A DNA stretch of 34,877 nucleotides from Nemertoderma westbladi (Eukaryota; Animalia; Xenacoelomorpha): NCBI GenBank assembly GCA_032718475.1, contig JAUCBJ010007815.1:1-34877 (forward strand). The letters run 5' to 3'. Under the pieces are notes generated by a model, which made no database searches, was not told where the DNA came from, and saw only the letters and a list, made by a program, of their open reading frames with translations. Positions 20,943-34,580 of the stretch are shown here, piece by piece (within the stretch, counting starts at the first letter, position 1; every line of letters starts with the position of its first letter). The position numbers and the translations under genes are program-made.

Positions 20943-21991
20943 GAGATCATCCAACTGGAGTTGGAAAATCTTCAAGAGAAGCAAGACGACTTTAGTAAAC
21001 AGTTAGCAGCTAGTAATATGCAGATGATGAGTCGATCTACTCCCAAAAGACAAGGGTATACATCATCTGAGGAAGGCGATACCACCGACACTGAAGGCGG
21101 AAGAAATCGATCTCGCCTAAGCAGACGTAAAAGAACATTCCACCGGCAGAAATTGCCTGATTTGCCTCCAGCTGTTAGAAGGCAACTAAATAACACCAAA
21201 ATAGGTAGTACAGAACCCACAGACCAAATGATTACAATAGAAAGACTCCCTACTATAGTAGATGAGCCTGAAATAATTAGGCCTGTTCTTGAAATCACCC
21301 CTTCGGTGATAGACACACCTGTGCTCCCTGAAGCCACTTCTAAATTCCCTCTACATAGCACTAAGCTACCTGTGCCCAGTAGAACTGCCCAGGAGACAGT
21401 TCAGGTCCTGGACCCCGAGCGAAATATTCACAATTTGTCGCCCGTTGTCCCTCGTCCGCCCGCTACAACGTTGGCGACTCCCGCTTCGGCGGTCGAATGG
21501 GTGGACGAGAGACGGCGGGGGATGGATATCCTGCTCGGACAGATGCAGGAGACTGTCCAGCAGTTCAAGGGCACAGTAAGGGAAAGTAGGCTAGAGTTGC
21601 AAGAAGTGCAGCAAAGTATCGCGCTAGAACGCGATAAATTAGTAAATACTCAAAAAGGTATACCACCACCCTCTGTAACAATGTGTCAACCTGTTAGGTC
21701 TGAAGTATCGCATGCGCAAGGTGTGGAGCCTACACGCATTTATACTGCTAGCGAAGTAGAAACTCCTATAGTGAACCCTATTAAGGGTAATTATAGACCT
21801 GTTGATAATGATATTCCCTATAGACCTGATCATAATCCGAGAAATTTATATACCGATAACTCGATATTAAATAGCACGATGGCCCAAGAAAGTTTTACGC
21901 GTCAAATGGCTAGAACCGAAGCCCGGCAAGCGGTAAAGGTTGGAGAGATCGTCAAGTTCAATGGAGATGAGATGAAATGGTTACCTTTTAA

Positions 21992-23708
21992 CCCTTTCCG
22001 GCCTGAATTAATTTAATTTAGGAAAAAAAATTGGTTGGTCTTGTTAATGGGTTAATTATACACCAAATAATAATTTTCGATGAAAAAATTTTCAAAAAAT
22101 TATTTCCAATGTTGTTTTTTTTATTGTATACAAAAGTATACGTTAGGTATATGAAACATGTTCCCAATGTATACTTTTGTATACAAACCCTAGATTGTAA
22201 GTACTTACTTACATACATACATCGTATAGTAAGTATATTCTCTCTCTCTCTCTATATATATAGAATAAACAAAGCATGCAACGAGCAGGCAATTTTAATT
22301 AAAAAAATAAAAAGCTGTCAATATTGTGAAATTTGCCAAAATGCCAAAATTTTATAATTTTGTGTGTTTTCACAACACACGTTGTTTAAAAGCAACACAG
22401 TGCGACAAAAAACTTAAAATGAAGAATTATACAGTGAAGGTTTTTTTCTGTCAGTTTTGTTCAAGTTTGAAAAAAACAGTATCGACTGACTATTTTCAAT
22501 TGTTTGTATGTCTATCTGCCCTGCCTGTATACTGTGGGTGTACAACATCTACTCCCCAACGGTGGCTGAACCACATCTACTCCCAAATGGTGGCTGAAAC
22601 ACATCTACTCCCAAGGCCCAATGGTAAACATCTACTCCATATGGTGGCTACACCACATCTACTCCCCAATGGTCAACATTTACTCCATTGGTGGCTACAC
22701 CACATCTACTCATCAATGGTCAGCATCTACTCCACTATGGTGGCTGCATCACATCTACTCATCAATGGTCAGCATCTACTCCCTACTGGTGGCTGCACCA
22801 CATCTACTCATCAATGGTGGGTGCGCCAGATTTACTCCCCAATGGTGACTGCGCCACATCTACTCCCCATTAGTGGCTGCATCACATCTACTCCCAAGGC
22901 CCAATGGTGACTGCGCCACATCTACTCCCCAATAGTGGCTGCATCACATCTACTCCCAAGGCCCAATGGTCAACATATACTCCCCTATGGTGGCTACGCC
23001 ACATCTACTCCACAATGGAGGCTGTTCCACATCTACTCTCCAATGGTGACTGCACCACATCTATCCACAATGGTGGCTGCATCACCTCTACTACCCTATG
23101 GTCAACATCTACTCCCCATGGTGGCTGCGCCACATCTACACCCCAATGGTCACACATCGACTCCCCTATGGTGGCTGCACCACATCTAGGCGTACACCCC
23201 AATGGTGGATGCACCACATCACCCAAACGGTGGCTGAATCATATCTACTCCCCAACGGTGCTGCACCACATCTACTCCACAACTGTGGCTGCACCACTTC
23301 TACTCCCCAACTTTATAAACCTAACGTAGACAAATGTATACAGTGGTTTATCAATAACACTACCGGCCTACATGTACTATAAAGTTTATCCTGGAAATAT
23401 TATTATCTCATTGGACAATCCATCTTTGGAATACCCAATCAAAATTCTCAATATCGCTTTGCCAAAGCGGTTAAATAACCATCTTTCCTATACCAGGTAG
23501 TCATCATGCCAATACCTGAAAACACGGCATCTAAAATCGTTCATTGAAGCCTTCTACTACAATTATCCAATCAGAATCGGTAATTTATAAATAAAGGAAG
23601 TGTGATAGTGCCACAATTGGATGAAACCAACTATAATTAGTTAAAATTATGCAATCCGTAGTGAAATAAATTCAGTGTATACAAAAATATACAGTCGGCC
23701 GGAAAGGG
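21992..23708. mobile_element. Non-autonomous piggyBac-like DNA transposon (1717 bp)
   Basis: TTAA duplicated at 21988-21991 and 23709-23712. 12-bp TIR CCCTTTCCGGCC / GGCCGGAAAGGG. Empty site visible in A (CCTTTTAATGAA at ~10009-10020). No transposase. Confidence 0.93.
22545..23310. repeat. Degenerate minisatellite inside the piggyBac-like element
   Basis: Mixed ~28-bp (TGGTGGCTGCACCACATCTACTCCCCAA) and ~20-22-bp (TGGTCAACATCTACTCC..) units. Confidence 0.92.
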
Positions 23709-26700
23709 TTAATGAATATTACAAAGATAACATACAGAACTCTGTACTATCTAATGGAGAAAAACTTAGATACCTCATCGAGTGCTTGGAAGGATCTCCC
23801 AAGTTAATGGCATTAAAGTTTATTGGACATCCAGACGGATTAAGACAAGTTTGGGATACACTAAACATCAGGTATGGTAATAGGAATAATATCGCTGGGT
23901 ACTTGTATGCAAAGTTAGTAGCGCCCCGAAAGTTTATTAGTAGCGGAATTATCGAGTTTTCCGATGAGATCCAGGAGATCTGCAGACAATTAGATTGGCT
24001 AGGTAAGTCTCATGAGTATCAGAACACTATGGTTATTAGAGCAGTGGCTTCTACTTTACCTAAAGGTGGAGTAGGTACACGCTGGGATAAGAAAGTGTTA
24101 TATATGATGGAACAACAACGGCGAGACCCTACCATGGCTGATCTCATGTCATTCCTAGATGGAGAAGTGAAATTACAGCTCCTGAAACAGTCCAGAGAGA
24201 AGACAGCGGAAAGTAAGGTAAGTGAGAAACCCGTTTCTAGGAGAAGGGTAATACCAGTATGTTATACCGACGACGGTGAAAGCCAAACTTCTCAAGGAGA
24301 GGACAGCGGGAAAGACACTGACAGATCTTATGTCAATAAAATGCCTAAAGATCAGGTAAGTAAATCCAAGTCTCGACCCAATGACAGAAGGGAACCGGTA
24401 CAAAAAAACCCTCCTACGTCTCCTAAAAGAATTCAGGTGAGAAAGCCCGAGGAAAGAACAAGTGTGCACCACACAGCACATGTTAAAGTAAGTAACATCA
24501 AGCCCAAATGTGTGCTGTGCGACGGGCCCCACCGTTTAAATGCGTGTGATAAATTCCTGAGGAAATCACTAAAGGATAGACGTGAAGTCATGTGGGATAA
24601 GCGGTTGTGTTATAATTGCCTCAGACGAGGACACCAACGGCGAACCTGTAACTCCGACGCAAGGTGTGCAAAGTGCGGCGCAAAACATCATATCTTGTTG
24701 CACACGGAATTCGAACGAAACAGCCCGAGTCAGGTAAGTGAGTCCGAACTACATGTCCAATTCAGTGATATGAACGACACTGATCAATCTGAGATGGAAG
24801 GATTCTATACGGACGAGTTCTCCGACCAAAACGAATCCTGTTACCTAATAAACACCACCGCAGTGTATCGAGCACTCGTGTATGAGAAAGACACAGACAG
24901 CGACCTTACCTTAACTACTTCCGATCAACAACCATCTTGGAAAGCGTCAACTTCCAATATAGGAATCCGAGAATTTCCTGTAGTCCAGTTACGGGTCCAC
25001 GGACCTCAGAAGAGCTATATAGTGAACGCCCTCCTGGACTCCGGTAGCACAGGAACATTCATCGATAGGGAACTAGCCGAAGTCATCTTTGCTGGACAAC
25101 CCAAGTTCCGAACCAAGCTAAACATGTCAGGGATCATGCAGGTTTGGAATTCTACTGTAGCTGCCGACTATTATATAGGTGAGTTGTCCACCCCACAGGA
25201 TAAACTAGGAGAATACAGTATAAGGTCAGTGAAAATGGTGGCTATAAAGAACTTCGCTACTACTCAAGCAGACCTTTATAATTGGGACGAGGATGAGAGC
25301 ATCCAACATCTTAACATACCTCGATTCCAGACTGATTATCCTGGAGTGCAAATACTCATCGGCCAAAACGCGCATGAGGCGCTGGAGACATTAGAGAAAC
25401 GACCTGCTCAACCGCAACCACTTCAGCCCTATGCGGTAAGAACTAGAGTAGGTTGGTACCTTACTGGACCTTCCCGTAGAACGCTCAGAGAAAGACTGCT
25501 TCAAGATCGCGTCTGCCAGCGGAGTAAATGGGAAGATGATACTAGTGAGGGAGACGACCCAACTGAGGGAACACCATACTCCTCAGATAATGACGATATT
25601 AGCTCCAATTTAGATCAATGGAGATATTGTCCCAAGAAGTTTAATCCAACGGACATCGCTTCCAGAGGAGTAACTCCTCAAGAACTGACAGATACTACAG
25701 ACCGGTTAGGTGAACCCGACTTCCTGAGTAAGGAGGATGAATGGCCTCCCCATCTTACTCCGACTGAGATTAGACCAGCCAAGGGAGCGGAGAAAGTTAA
25801 ACCTAAAACCCGGGCGGGTGGAGCGGAGTTATTTGAACCCGGGATAGATCTGTCGGTATTACATGTTGCCAGGGACGACGCCGTGGATCTGGGCCTCCCC
25901 TCCGCGAGTGGATCCTTCATGAAGATCAGAGAGAGCGATTGGAGCTCTGGAACATCAGACGTCTCGCAGGGACTCTCACCTCTCCTGCAGAGAGCGACGG
26001 ACCACTATAGCTCCTGGAATCGGCTTTGTGACGCCGTCATACACTTTGAGCGATGTTTCTATCGTCACTATTCCAGGACGAAGAGGAAACCTGGAATTGT
26101 ATTCAGGATGCAGCGACTCAATCACCCAGTCGGTCGTTTGTGTTTATCGGAAGGGAATGGAGGACTCTCCGGAAACTGTGGAAGGCAAGATTCTCTTCCC
26201 ACGACCACCTCCCTAATCCTTCAAACATCTAGGGACTCCATAACGTAACAACATATGGAGTGGGTGTGTGACTCTATTATTTTATATTATTTTATTATTT
26301 TTATATTTCTGTATGTATTACTATGTAATTTTATTATAATCGTTTTCTTTAATTTTATTCAGTAGAATGTTATTTTAGCGATTATTTAGTAGATTAGTGC
26401 AATATATATTCGCGTTTATTACTTAATTACATATATATTATATTTAATGCGACGGCAAGAAATAATTCTTTTTCTCTTTCCTTACTGTCCGTATTACATT
26501 ACAAATACGTAACTACAGTAAGATGAAATGTCCGTACTTATTAAAGTACAATAAAGCCACTACTATATTTAAGTATTATTGGTAGGCAGAGTATTAGGAA
26601 TGCAAAGTTCAGATCCTCGTGTCTCGGCTAAACCAAGCTCTGGGTAGACCTTGGAAACGACTTGCCTCTTCACACTGACATTGCTTCGTGCGATATTGCT

Positions 26701-26771
26701 CTCATACCGTATATTAAATAATACATATAGTAGCGTGATGTCCCTTTAACAGTAGCGTATAACGCAAAATA

Positions 26772-27185
26772 AATCTGTTAAACCCTTTGACCATCTGTAA
26801 TTCTAGTCGATTAAGATATCGCGGCACCCACCGATATACTTGAAAGACAAATTCTAGAATCAGTGGTTAACGTCCCCAGACAAGTTCTGGAATAAATCGG
26901 TGCCCATCTCAAATATTAATTAGTTAATATTTACAAATCAAATAAGTCAAAATCTGTAAAATTCAGATCCTTCAACAATTCTAGTCAATTAAGATATCGT
27001 AGCATTTACCGATATTCTTAAAGAGACAATTTCTTAGAATTAAGGATCTTGTGTCCCTAGACATGTTCTAGAATCAAAATATGTCCATTTAATTGTCAAA
27101 TAATAAAATTTCAGGGAATAAATTTAAATTCATGCCTTTTAATGAATTTAATAAATTGCCATTTTACGCAATTTATAAAGTTCCC
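26772..27185 (+). other. Structured spacer of element B (homolog of 12483-12972)
   Basis: Same nested stems as in A, with compensatory substitutions. Confidence 0.6.
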
Positions 27186-27900
27186 AAAATTCCATTAATT
27201 AATAGATCAAGGGAGCGGAGATTTATATTATTATGCGTATGCGTGTACGAAAGTCTCCCAAACATAGTTAATAGCCGATAAAATTCTTAAAGTCATGTAT
27301 AAACAGGACATTGACTATTAAAGAATTCCTATTAAATAACATCCCAGATCTGTATGCATTGGAATTACTCTAATTCTACCGCTAGCTTTGCATAATGTCA
27401 CCATAGCAACAACCACGCTAGAATTAGAATTGAGTTAAACGAACAATAGAAAGCTTGTCCCATTGAATAACATAGGGAATAAATAGCGCACTACTAGTAT
27501 CCAAGGATACATAATAATAATACAGTGACATTCTGGAAGGCATTGACTAACGGACAAATGGCCCGAATGTGTGTAGTTGTGACCAGTTGTGTGGTATTTG
27601 TGAGTTTATAGGTGAATGTTACTGCTAAAGTGTGTTTACAGTAGCTAGTCGCAATCGTAAAAGTAACCTAACTCTCCAAGGAAAACCTGAAGTACATCTA
27701 AGTCTTTGGGACGGACAGTCGAGTGACTTGTGTCGGTTGTCGTTGTCATTGTGCGGCTACGTCGTTGGCGAAAGTACAGCGGCGACGACACATCGGCGCT
27801 GAGGATCTCGTACTGTCCGGGGTTGATTGGGGTAGGCAGCGACGCCCGCTCGCCTAAATATAAACTCATTATAATATGGATAAACTCATATATAGCAGAT

Positions 27901-29231
27901 ATGACGGAGTTGATAGAAGATGGTCTTGGTATCGGGGAGCGATATACTCTACTTTTACAAGCGTTTGTTGATAGCTTAATACGCGGCGACGTTAGTCCAA
28001 CTGCTGCGGAGGACGATGGTCGTTATATCGAACCGCCAATGTCCCAAGAGCAGCTCGCGCGAGTTAGACTATAGAAAATTCGCTGCTCGATATACGCGGC
28101 GTAATGGTATGTATATGGGCTTCTTAACTACTGGTCATCCTATCGATTTACACAATACGGACTATGTCGACTATATATCCTGCCCAGCGGAGTCGGAACC
28201 ATAAACGGAAATTCGAATGCGAAAATTCTATTCGAAATCGGCTCGAAAGAAAAAACATTAAAGAAACAAATAAACGCGGTAACTCCAACATATATTTGGA
28301 ATTCTTGATAGAAGCATTGTAACAACAATTAAATATCATCCGCGTTTCCCCTACCAGACGTACGTCTTTGGTATTATTACGGTAAATGCCCTAGACCCAG
28401 CCAATAAACGGAAAGACATAAACATCCACGGAAACGTTGTGTTAAACACAGTTGTGTTCGTTATATTTACTGGAGTTTCGAGCGAAACTTGTTTGACGTA
28501 TCACCTATGCTCACTCGGCTCTAACGATCCTAGAGTAAACCTACGATCAGAGTCCCGGAATACTCGGTCAAACCTCCTCATTCCTTAGTTGGACCTCAGA
28601 CCTGCGATCCTGGTGGCGTCGCGGATCCTATTGGACGGTATTCACTGTTCAAGATCTAGTGCTACCCTAACAATTAATCGGTAACACTCCGACAGTGATT
28701 TCTAGCTAGCCGCCCATCTTACCTAGCTGGATTATGACGCAGACACCTAATATCACTATCCAACCGTATGGTCGTCCCGTTTAACGCGATACAACCCTTC
28801 ATCAAGGTGAAGGAGAGCGTTGTACGAAACGAGTTAAACGTTATTTTATAAAGATCAAAAAGGAAACCTGCGTTTGTTCAGATAAACGTAAGTTATAACA
28901 GTGAGTCCAATCGATAAACGAATTGTCTTTATCTCAATTCGATTGGGAAATCCAGAATCTCTAAGAAGTTATCGAACTTGGACGATCTTATTCTCTGCGA
29001 GAGTTTTTTGGATGAACGTATCCAGCAACGAGCGGAGGAAAATCAGCTCGAGGAGAAGCATATCGAAACGGCAGATACCTCGACCACAATCCTACACCTT
29101 CTGATGCAATCATATTGCACCCTTCACCCAGGAGTTATGGCCCTCCTAGTAAAGTGGCTCCCCCCAAAGAGAAAAAGACTCTTGCTAGCCTCAAAAAACT
29201 GCGTAAACGCCGTCTGCGTAAGAAAGACTAA
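27901..29231 (+). pseudogene. Decayed ORF2 of element B
   Basis: MTELIEDGLGIGERYTL...; multiple frameshifts and deletions relative to A; ends KKLRKRRLRKKD* at 29231. Confidence 0.58.
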
Positions 29232-30352
29232 CTGTTTAGAGTATCTTTATGTTTTAGAAACTGTGATTTTTATATTTTATAGACTGAAAATCCCATTTTC
29301 TGGGAGCGGTGTAAAGGCCTTTGCTGAATTGCCCCGTTATTTTTATTATCTTTTACATTAAAATACTCTGTAGTTGATTTAATAAGTGTAAGAGACCGTA
29401 TTATTGCTGTATCGGTGTTTTTAGAGGATCTAAGACCTATTTCCTCCGTATGTGTACTGTGAAAGGCATATTTTATGATTCTATGGCAATTCGTGACGCA
29501 AAGGGGTGATAGCTACTCTTGAACAGTAGTTACTATGACTACGGTTAACAGCTGACATTCATACGTGTTGATTTCCTTTGTTCTACGGCGTCTCTCAGTT
29601 CAGTCAGCCAATTAGAGCGTTTTTGTGGCTCCTTGTACAGAAAATTTCCGAGAAATGACGCAATGCCTATGTGCAGTGTTTACATTCAGTCCTGAGCCAA
29701 AGAAAGAACGGCTTGGAAGTATTTTGTGCTTTACAGTTTTTAGTCTTACACTAGTAGGTTTAATTATAAAGGGCATATATCCTTTAACTGACATACCGGT
29801 ACTAACATACCGATCAAACTCATGGAATCACTGCTGACTGATGATACATGCTGACTGCTGAAACATTGCAAACTCATAACAATCAGTGTTTTCATTGTTG
29901 TTTTATACTGCTATTTACCGTCAGTTCTTCATAATATGGTTGACGAATAATTATATTTGGAATAACGATAAATAACCCCGAAACCCAATATTCTTGATAT
30001 ACCGAAGGTAAGAGAGAAGGGTTACAGATAAACGATTGTGACTTATGTTAAAGTGGTTTGAAGTGAATCTAATGTTATTTGATAGACCCTACATGAGTCA
30101 GTCTGTGTTCCTTTTATATGTGACTAAAATCAGTGAAGATTGGCAGATTAGTGTGCAGTATTGTGCAGCATTGTGTATGAGTGAGTCTGTTAAAGAAGCA
30201 ATTCCTAAAGAATGCGCCATATATGTGAATTATAATTAAGCCATATCGTTGTGAGTAGTTTAAGTCATAACTCTGTTTATATAGATAAAGCGCCACGTCC
30301 TAAAGGAACTGTTAATATTCCCGAAGGTGAATAATATTGTCAGAGATTATAT

Positions 30353-32381
30353 GGGTCGTTCTCACAAAAAGTGGCCAAACTTTTATGTCAAAATGTCCAT
30401 GCATTCGCACGGTTATATTTCCAAACGACACAGATTTAACCCCATGAACCTATATACCAATCGGAAGAGCGGAAATCTGCTCATATTTCAGCAAATTTTC
30501 AACAGATTCCATTCACAACCTAGAGAATGACACCATTTCAAATATCGAAAATGCATGTTTTTTGAAATGTCACATTGAATTATTTTGAAATATTTGGCTT
30601 CTGAGCTAAAGCAATGAAAGCAAAGGTTCCACATACCATACATCAAAATAAAGCAAATTTAATGCTCTTTCACATACTATTGGTGGTTTTCAACCGAAGC
30701 TACTCACATTTTATATATTTACTATTTACTAACAATTAATTACGCCGTCACTAGGATTTTGTCCACCATGTAACGCTCGTTTTTATGACATGGTTTTTTT
30801 ATATTTATTCACAACATCTCCAAGTGAGATATTTCTAAACGGCGATTTATTTAGCTATCAGCAGGTAAAAAAATTATAAGAATTCGTTCATTAGAACTCG
30901 AGTGTTGTGCGAAAACGTAAATCTACATAAAATACCGTCATTAGGAATGTCCTCAATGTAACGCTACTTTGAATAGCGATAACTTTTGCTTTACTAATCA
31001 TATCGACACCATTGAGGGCTCATATGAAAGAGCAATCGCAGATCTATCGAATCACATATTTGATTTTAATATAGTTTTAAAACAGACTATAGTCAACGCC
31101 ATGCTAATGAAAAATGTCTTCAATGTCCATCATGTAACGCATGTAACGCTGTCACAATCAATAGCGTTACACTTGAGACATGTCCATCATGTAACGTAGT
31201 TGGGCCTGAACATACCTAGCAGTACGAGTGGCGTTTCTTTTTACAAATTAGGCAGTCAGGGTCAAATTAACAATAGTCGATGGTTTCTGGTTTTCAGTAT
31301 TTAGTATAAACTACTGTAGTAGTAATATTATCTGTTGTAGTCTGTATTACCTAGTACCTAAAGGGTTTAGGAAAAGCTCATGAGTTTGTTTACCTTCTTT
31401 ATTTCGGTTCTAAAACAGTACTTCTTAATTGTCATGCAATTACAATTGTCAAACGGAATTAAGCGTGTTTTGTCCGGTAAGAACTTCTCGATTGAATTTA
31501 TAGTGATGGCGTTACACGTGAAGGACTTAGAGATTAAGTTAGTGATGGCGTTACACGTGAAGGACTTAGAGATTAAGTTAGTGATGGGATGGCGTTACAC
31601 GTGAAGGACATAGAGATTAAGTTAGTGATGGGATGGCGTTACACGTGAAGGACTTAGAGATTAAGTTAGTGATGGCGTTACACGTGAAGAAGGACTTAGT
31701 TACACGTGAAGGACTTAGAGATTACGTTAGTGATGGGATGGCGTTACACGTGGAGGACTTAGTTACACGTGAAGGACTTAGAGATTACGTTAGTGATGGG
31801 ATGGCGTTACACGTGAAGGACTTAGAGATTGCGTTAGTGATGGTTTTAAGGATTCCGTTAACTATTTTGTACAATTAGTGTTACAATAGTATGTATATTC
31901 ATATTGTATGGATACAATAATACAAACTAAATAATTTGCTGATTTGAAAAATATTATTTTCAGCCATTGGGTTGATAAATAAATCCGTAAAAAACCCGTA
32001 TAAATATAAAATAAATCCGTACATGACATTAAAGTGACTGTTGAATTTCTGGTATATATTTTAAATGTCAAATCCTGGATACTGATTGGCTAACAAGTAG
32101 CGTTACATTCGAGACAACGAGTTAGATTGTGGGCGTTTTGTGAAATGAAGGTTGCTGATTGGCTAACAAGTAGCGTTACACCAGGGACAAAATGTTACAT
32201 TGTGGACATTAATTTTTCGCGAATAAAACCTTACGACTTTACTAAAAAAAACGGCCCACTAGTGTATTCGAAATCGCCTCATCGAGAGCTCTCGAAATAT
32301 GTATATATTTATATGGTTTTGACAAAAAAAAATTTGACAATTTTTTCTCAAAATTTTGGCCACTTTTTGTGAGAACAACCC
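30353..32381. mobile_element. Non-autonomous TIR DNA transposon (2029 bp), possibly Sola-like
   Basis: 27-bp TIR GGGTCGTTCTCACAAAAAGTGGCCAAA / TTTGGCCACTTTTTGTGAGAACAACCC (1 mismatch). ATAT duplicated (30349-30352, 32382-32385). Empty site in the 5' LTR at ~17117-17120. Superfamily uncertain. Confidence 0.9.
31501..31843. repeat. 39-44-bp minisatellite inside the TIR element
   Basis: Units of TAGTGATGG(GATGG)CGTTACACGTGAAGGACTTAGAGATTAAGT with partial internal duplications. Confidence 0.93.
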
Positions 32382-32604
32382 ATATAATACTGTCAGTCGA
32401 ATAATACATTAGGCTTACATAGCAATAAAATTAAACCGTCGAACCCAATCTCCCGGGAATATCCAGCGGGTGAATGGTCGCGCACGGATTGGTTTCGACT
32501 AGTGTAGTGAATCAAATACTTGTCATAGACTAAAAACTGATTTAATATCTAGAAGACATCTTAATTTGGTGGGTTAAACTGCCAAAAGTCTGAAAGTGCG
32601 AACA

Positions 32605-32938
32605 CGTTGTGTTTAGTATAAGTCATAACTCTGTTTTATATACTTAAAAGCGCCACGTCCTAAAGGAACTGTTAATATTTCCCCGAAAGTGAATAATATT
32701 GTCAGAAATTATATAGTAACGATCAATCGAATAATACAGTAGGTCTGCACCGCAATAACTTTCAAAGCACCCGAATCCAGTCTCCCTTAACAGTGGGTGA
32801 ATGATCGCGCATAGGACTGGCTTCGGCTAATGTTACTTCATGTGCATTAAATAATTGTTATAGGCTAAAGTCGATTTGTAAACAAGAGGACAACTAAAAT
32901 TGGCAGGTTAAACTGCTAAAGGTCTGAAAGCGCGAACA
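32605..32938 (+). repeat. 3' portion of a third LTR of the same family (A-like)
   Basis: Aligns to 5451-5757 with moderate divergence and ends GCGCGAACA. It is followed by LINE sequence rather than an internal leader. Confidence 0.88.
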
Positions 32939-34577
32939 AATACTGCTCCCGATCGACACTTTGGTAATGAACTGAAATTATTTTTTGATTGTTTTTCATT
33001 GATATGGTCAGATTTACATATTTTACCCCATGACACTTTTTCATTTACCAGCCATGTACATGGCACAGTGTCGTGGTTAGACAACATCGTTTCCACCGCC
33101 GACTTTCACTCCTCTATTAGTAATATTACTGTCCTACGTGATCTTGTCTATGATGAACATTTACCCGTCTCAGTGACTGTATCTTTGCTGCTTAGTGCGT
33201 CAACACCAGGCAGTAGTAATAAGGTCACTTTTACCAATAACGCAAATTGGGATAAAGCCAGTGGTGAAAATATTTCAAAATATTCTCAAACTGTTGGGGA
33301 ACTACGTTTATTACAGTTACCCCTTACTGCTTTAACTTGCTGTGATATTCATTGTAAGAATATTAACCATAAAATGTCACTAAATTCGTGTTATAGGCCT
33401 ACTGATACTATTAATATTCTACATAGCTGCACGGCTAAATTTATTCCTCAAAAAAGGGGTAATTCGGTCTCCAATTGCATTCCTGGTTGGAATGAGTTTG
33501 TAAAAGAAAAGCGGGCTGCAGCCCAGGAGGCATTTCATATTTGCTGCGAACAAGGGCGGCCTAGGTTTGGGCTTGTTTGGGAGGTAAAGAAAAAAACGGC
33601 CGCGCAATTTAAATTGGCTCTCCGAAATTGCAAACGGGAGGAAGGTGCTTTGCGAGCAGATCGCCGTGCCGCTTCCTTTATTAATTCAAGAAAATATTTT
33701 TGGAGTTCAATAAAAAAAGCAACAACTACTAAAATGGGTTTAGCAACCTCTGTCGGTACCGCCCACACTGAGGAAGAAATCGCCGATTTGTTCAAATCTA
33801 ATTATTATGATATTTTTAATTCTGTCCCTGTATCTGTAATTGACTCTACTTTTGTGCAGTGTTAGTTTTCTGAATGGGACGGCTCCAATAATGTCCATAT
33901 TTCTGCTGATAAGGTGAAAGATGCCATCAACGGTCTGCAGAGTCGAAAGGCTGCCGGGCCTGATGTCATCTTCCCTGAAAGTTATATTTTTGGCGGTAAC
34001 CTTTTGCCAGTAATTTTGTGTTTACTGTTCAATTCTTTTATAACTCATGGGCGTTTGCCTCAATCGTTAATTAATTCTAGTTTGTTACCTATTATTAAAG
34101 ATAAAAACGCTAGTATAAGCGAACGTTCTAATTACCGACCCATAGCCAAAGCTACAGCTGGCTCAAAGGTATTGGAAATGTGTTTGCAAGGGCTCATTAT
34201 CATGCTTTCCAATATATCTGACAACCAGTTCGGTTTTGCAGAGGGCCTAGGTACAGAAATGTGTATTTTTGCCTTAAAACAAACAATTCACTTATACATT
34301 AGTAAAGACTCACCTGTGTATACTGCTTTCTTAGACGCCTCGAAAGCGTTTGACCGCGTTAATCATAGTAAATTTTTTCGAAATCTAATTGAAATAGGTG
34401 TATCTATTGGTATTGTAAGACTCCTCGCCTTTTGGTATTCTCACCAACTAATTTGTATTAGCTGGGGTTCTGCTACTTCCGGTGCATTTTCGGTTTCAAA
34501 TGGTGTCCGTGAAGGAAGTTTGCTCAGTCACCTCTTATAACATTTATATGAATGACTTAAGTGTAGAATTAAACACG
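32939..34577 (+). pseudogene. LINE (non-LTR retrotransposon) ORF2 remnant: end of APE endonuclease, linker and N-terminal half of RT
   Basis: WLDNIVS..DEHLPV (APE end), IPGWNEFVK, KAAGPD, NYRPIA, QFGF, FLDASKAFDRVNH, GVREGSLLS. In-frame stop at 33863-33865 and a frameshift near 34538 (NIYMNDLSVELN follows). Truncated before YADD. Clade not assigned. Confidence 0.9.
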
Positions 34578-34580
34578 TTC

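Larger units (their letters stand above)
19556..26248 (+). pseudogene. gag-pro: BEL/Pao gag-protease polyprotein of element B (~1656 aa when repaired), interrupted by a 1-bp frameshift and a TTAA insertion
   Basis: ORFs 19556-20014, 20112-22016 and 23675-26248. There is one extra base near 19997 relative to A. Removing 21992-23712 restores KWLPFN|EYYKDN. Intact triple zinc knuckle, ALLDSGS protease, RNase H end remnant WRYCPKKFNPTDIASRG, tail HPVGRLCLSE. Confidence 0.92.
16481..32604 (+). mobile_element. Element B: diverged non-autonomous BEL/Pao-derived LTR retrotransposon with a 5'-truncated LTR and two nested insertions
   Basis: Collinear with A throughout. 16481-17340 matches ~29715-30352 plus 32386-32604. 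The left TSD is lost with the truncation. Confidence 0.92.
29310..32604 (+). repeat. 3' LTR of element B, interrupted by a TIR element
   Basis: Starts TGTAAAGGCC after GGGAGCGG and ends GTGCGAACA. LTR sequence resumes exactly after the 30353-32381 insertion. CCAAT at 29608-29612. Confidence 0.92.

Noticed and set aside
22545-23310. CRISPR-like appearance of the 28-bp repeats
   Set aside because: No unique spacers, degenerate head-to-tail units, eukaryotic TE context and no cas genes
22326-23382. Overlapping ORFs in several frames (WWLHHIYS / PHLLP repeats)
   Set aside because: Products of a stop-poor minisatellite inside a non-autonomous transposon
31380-31878. ORFs with MALHVKDLEIKLV repeats
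   Set aside because: Translation of the 39-bp minisatellite
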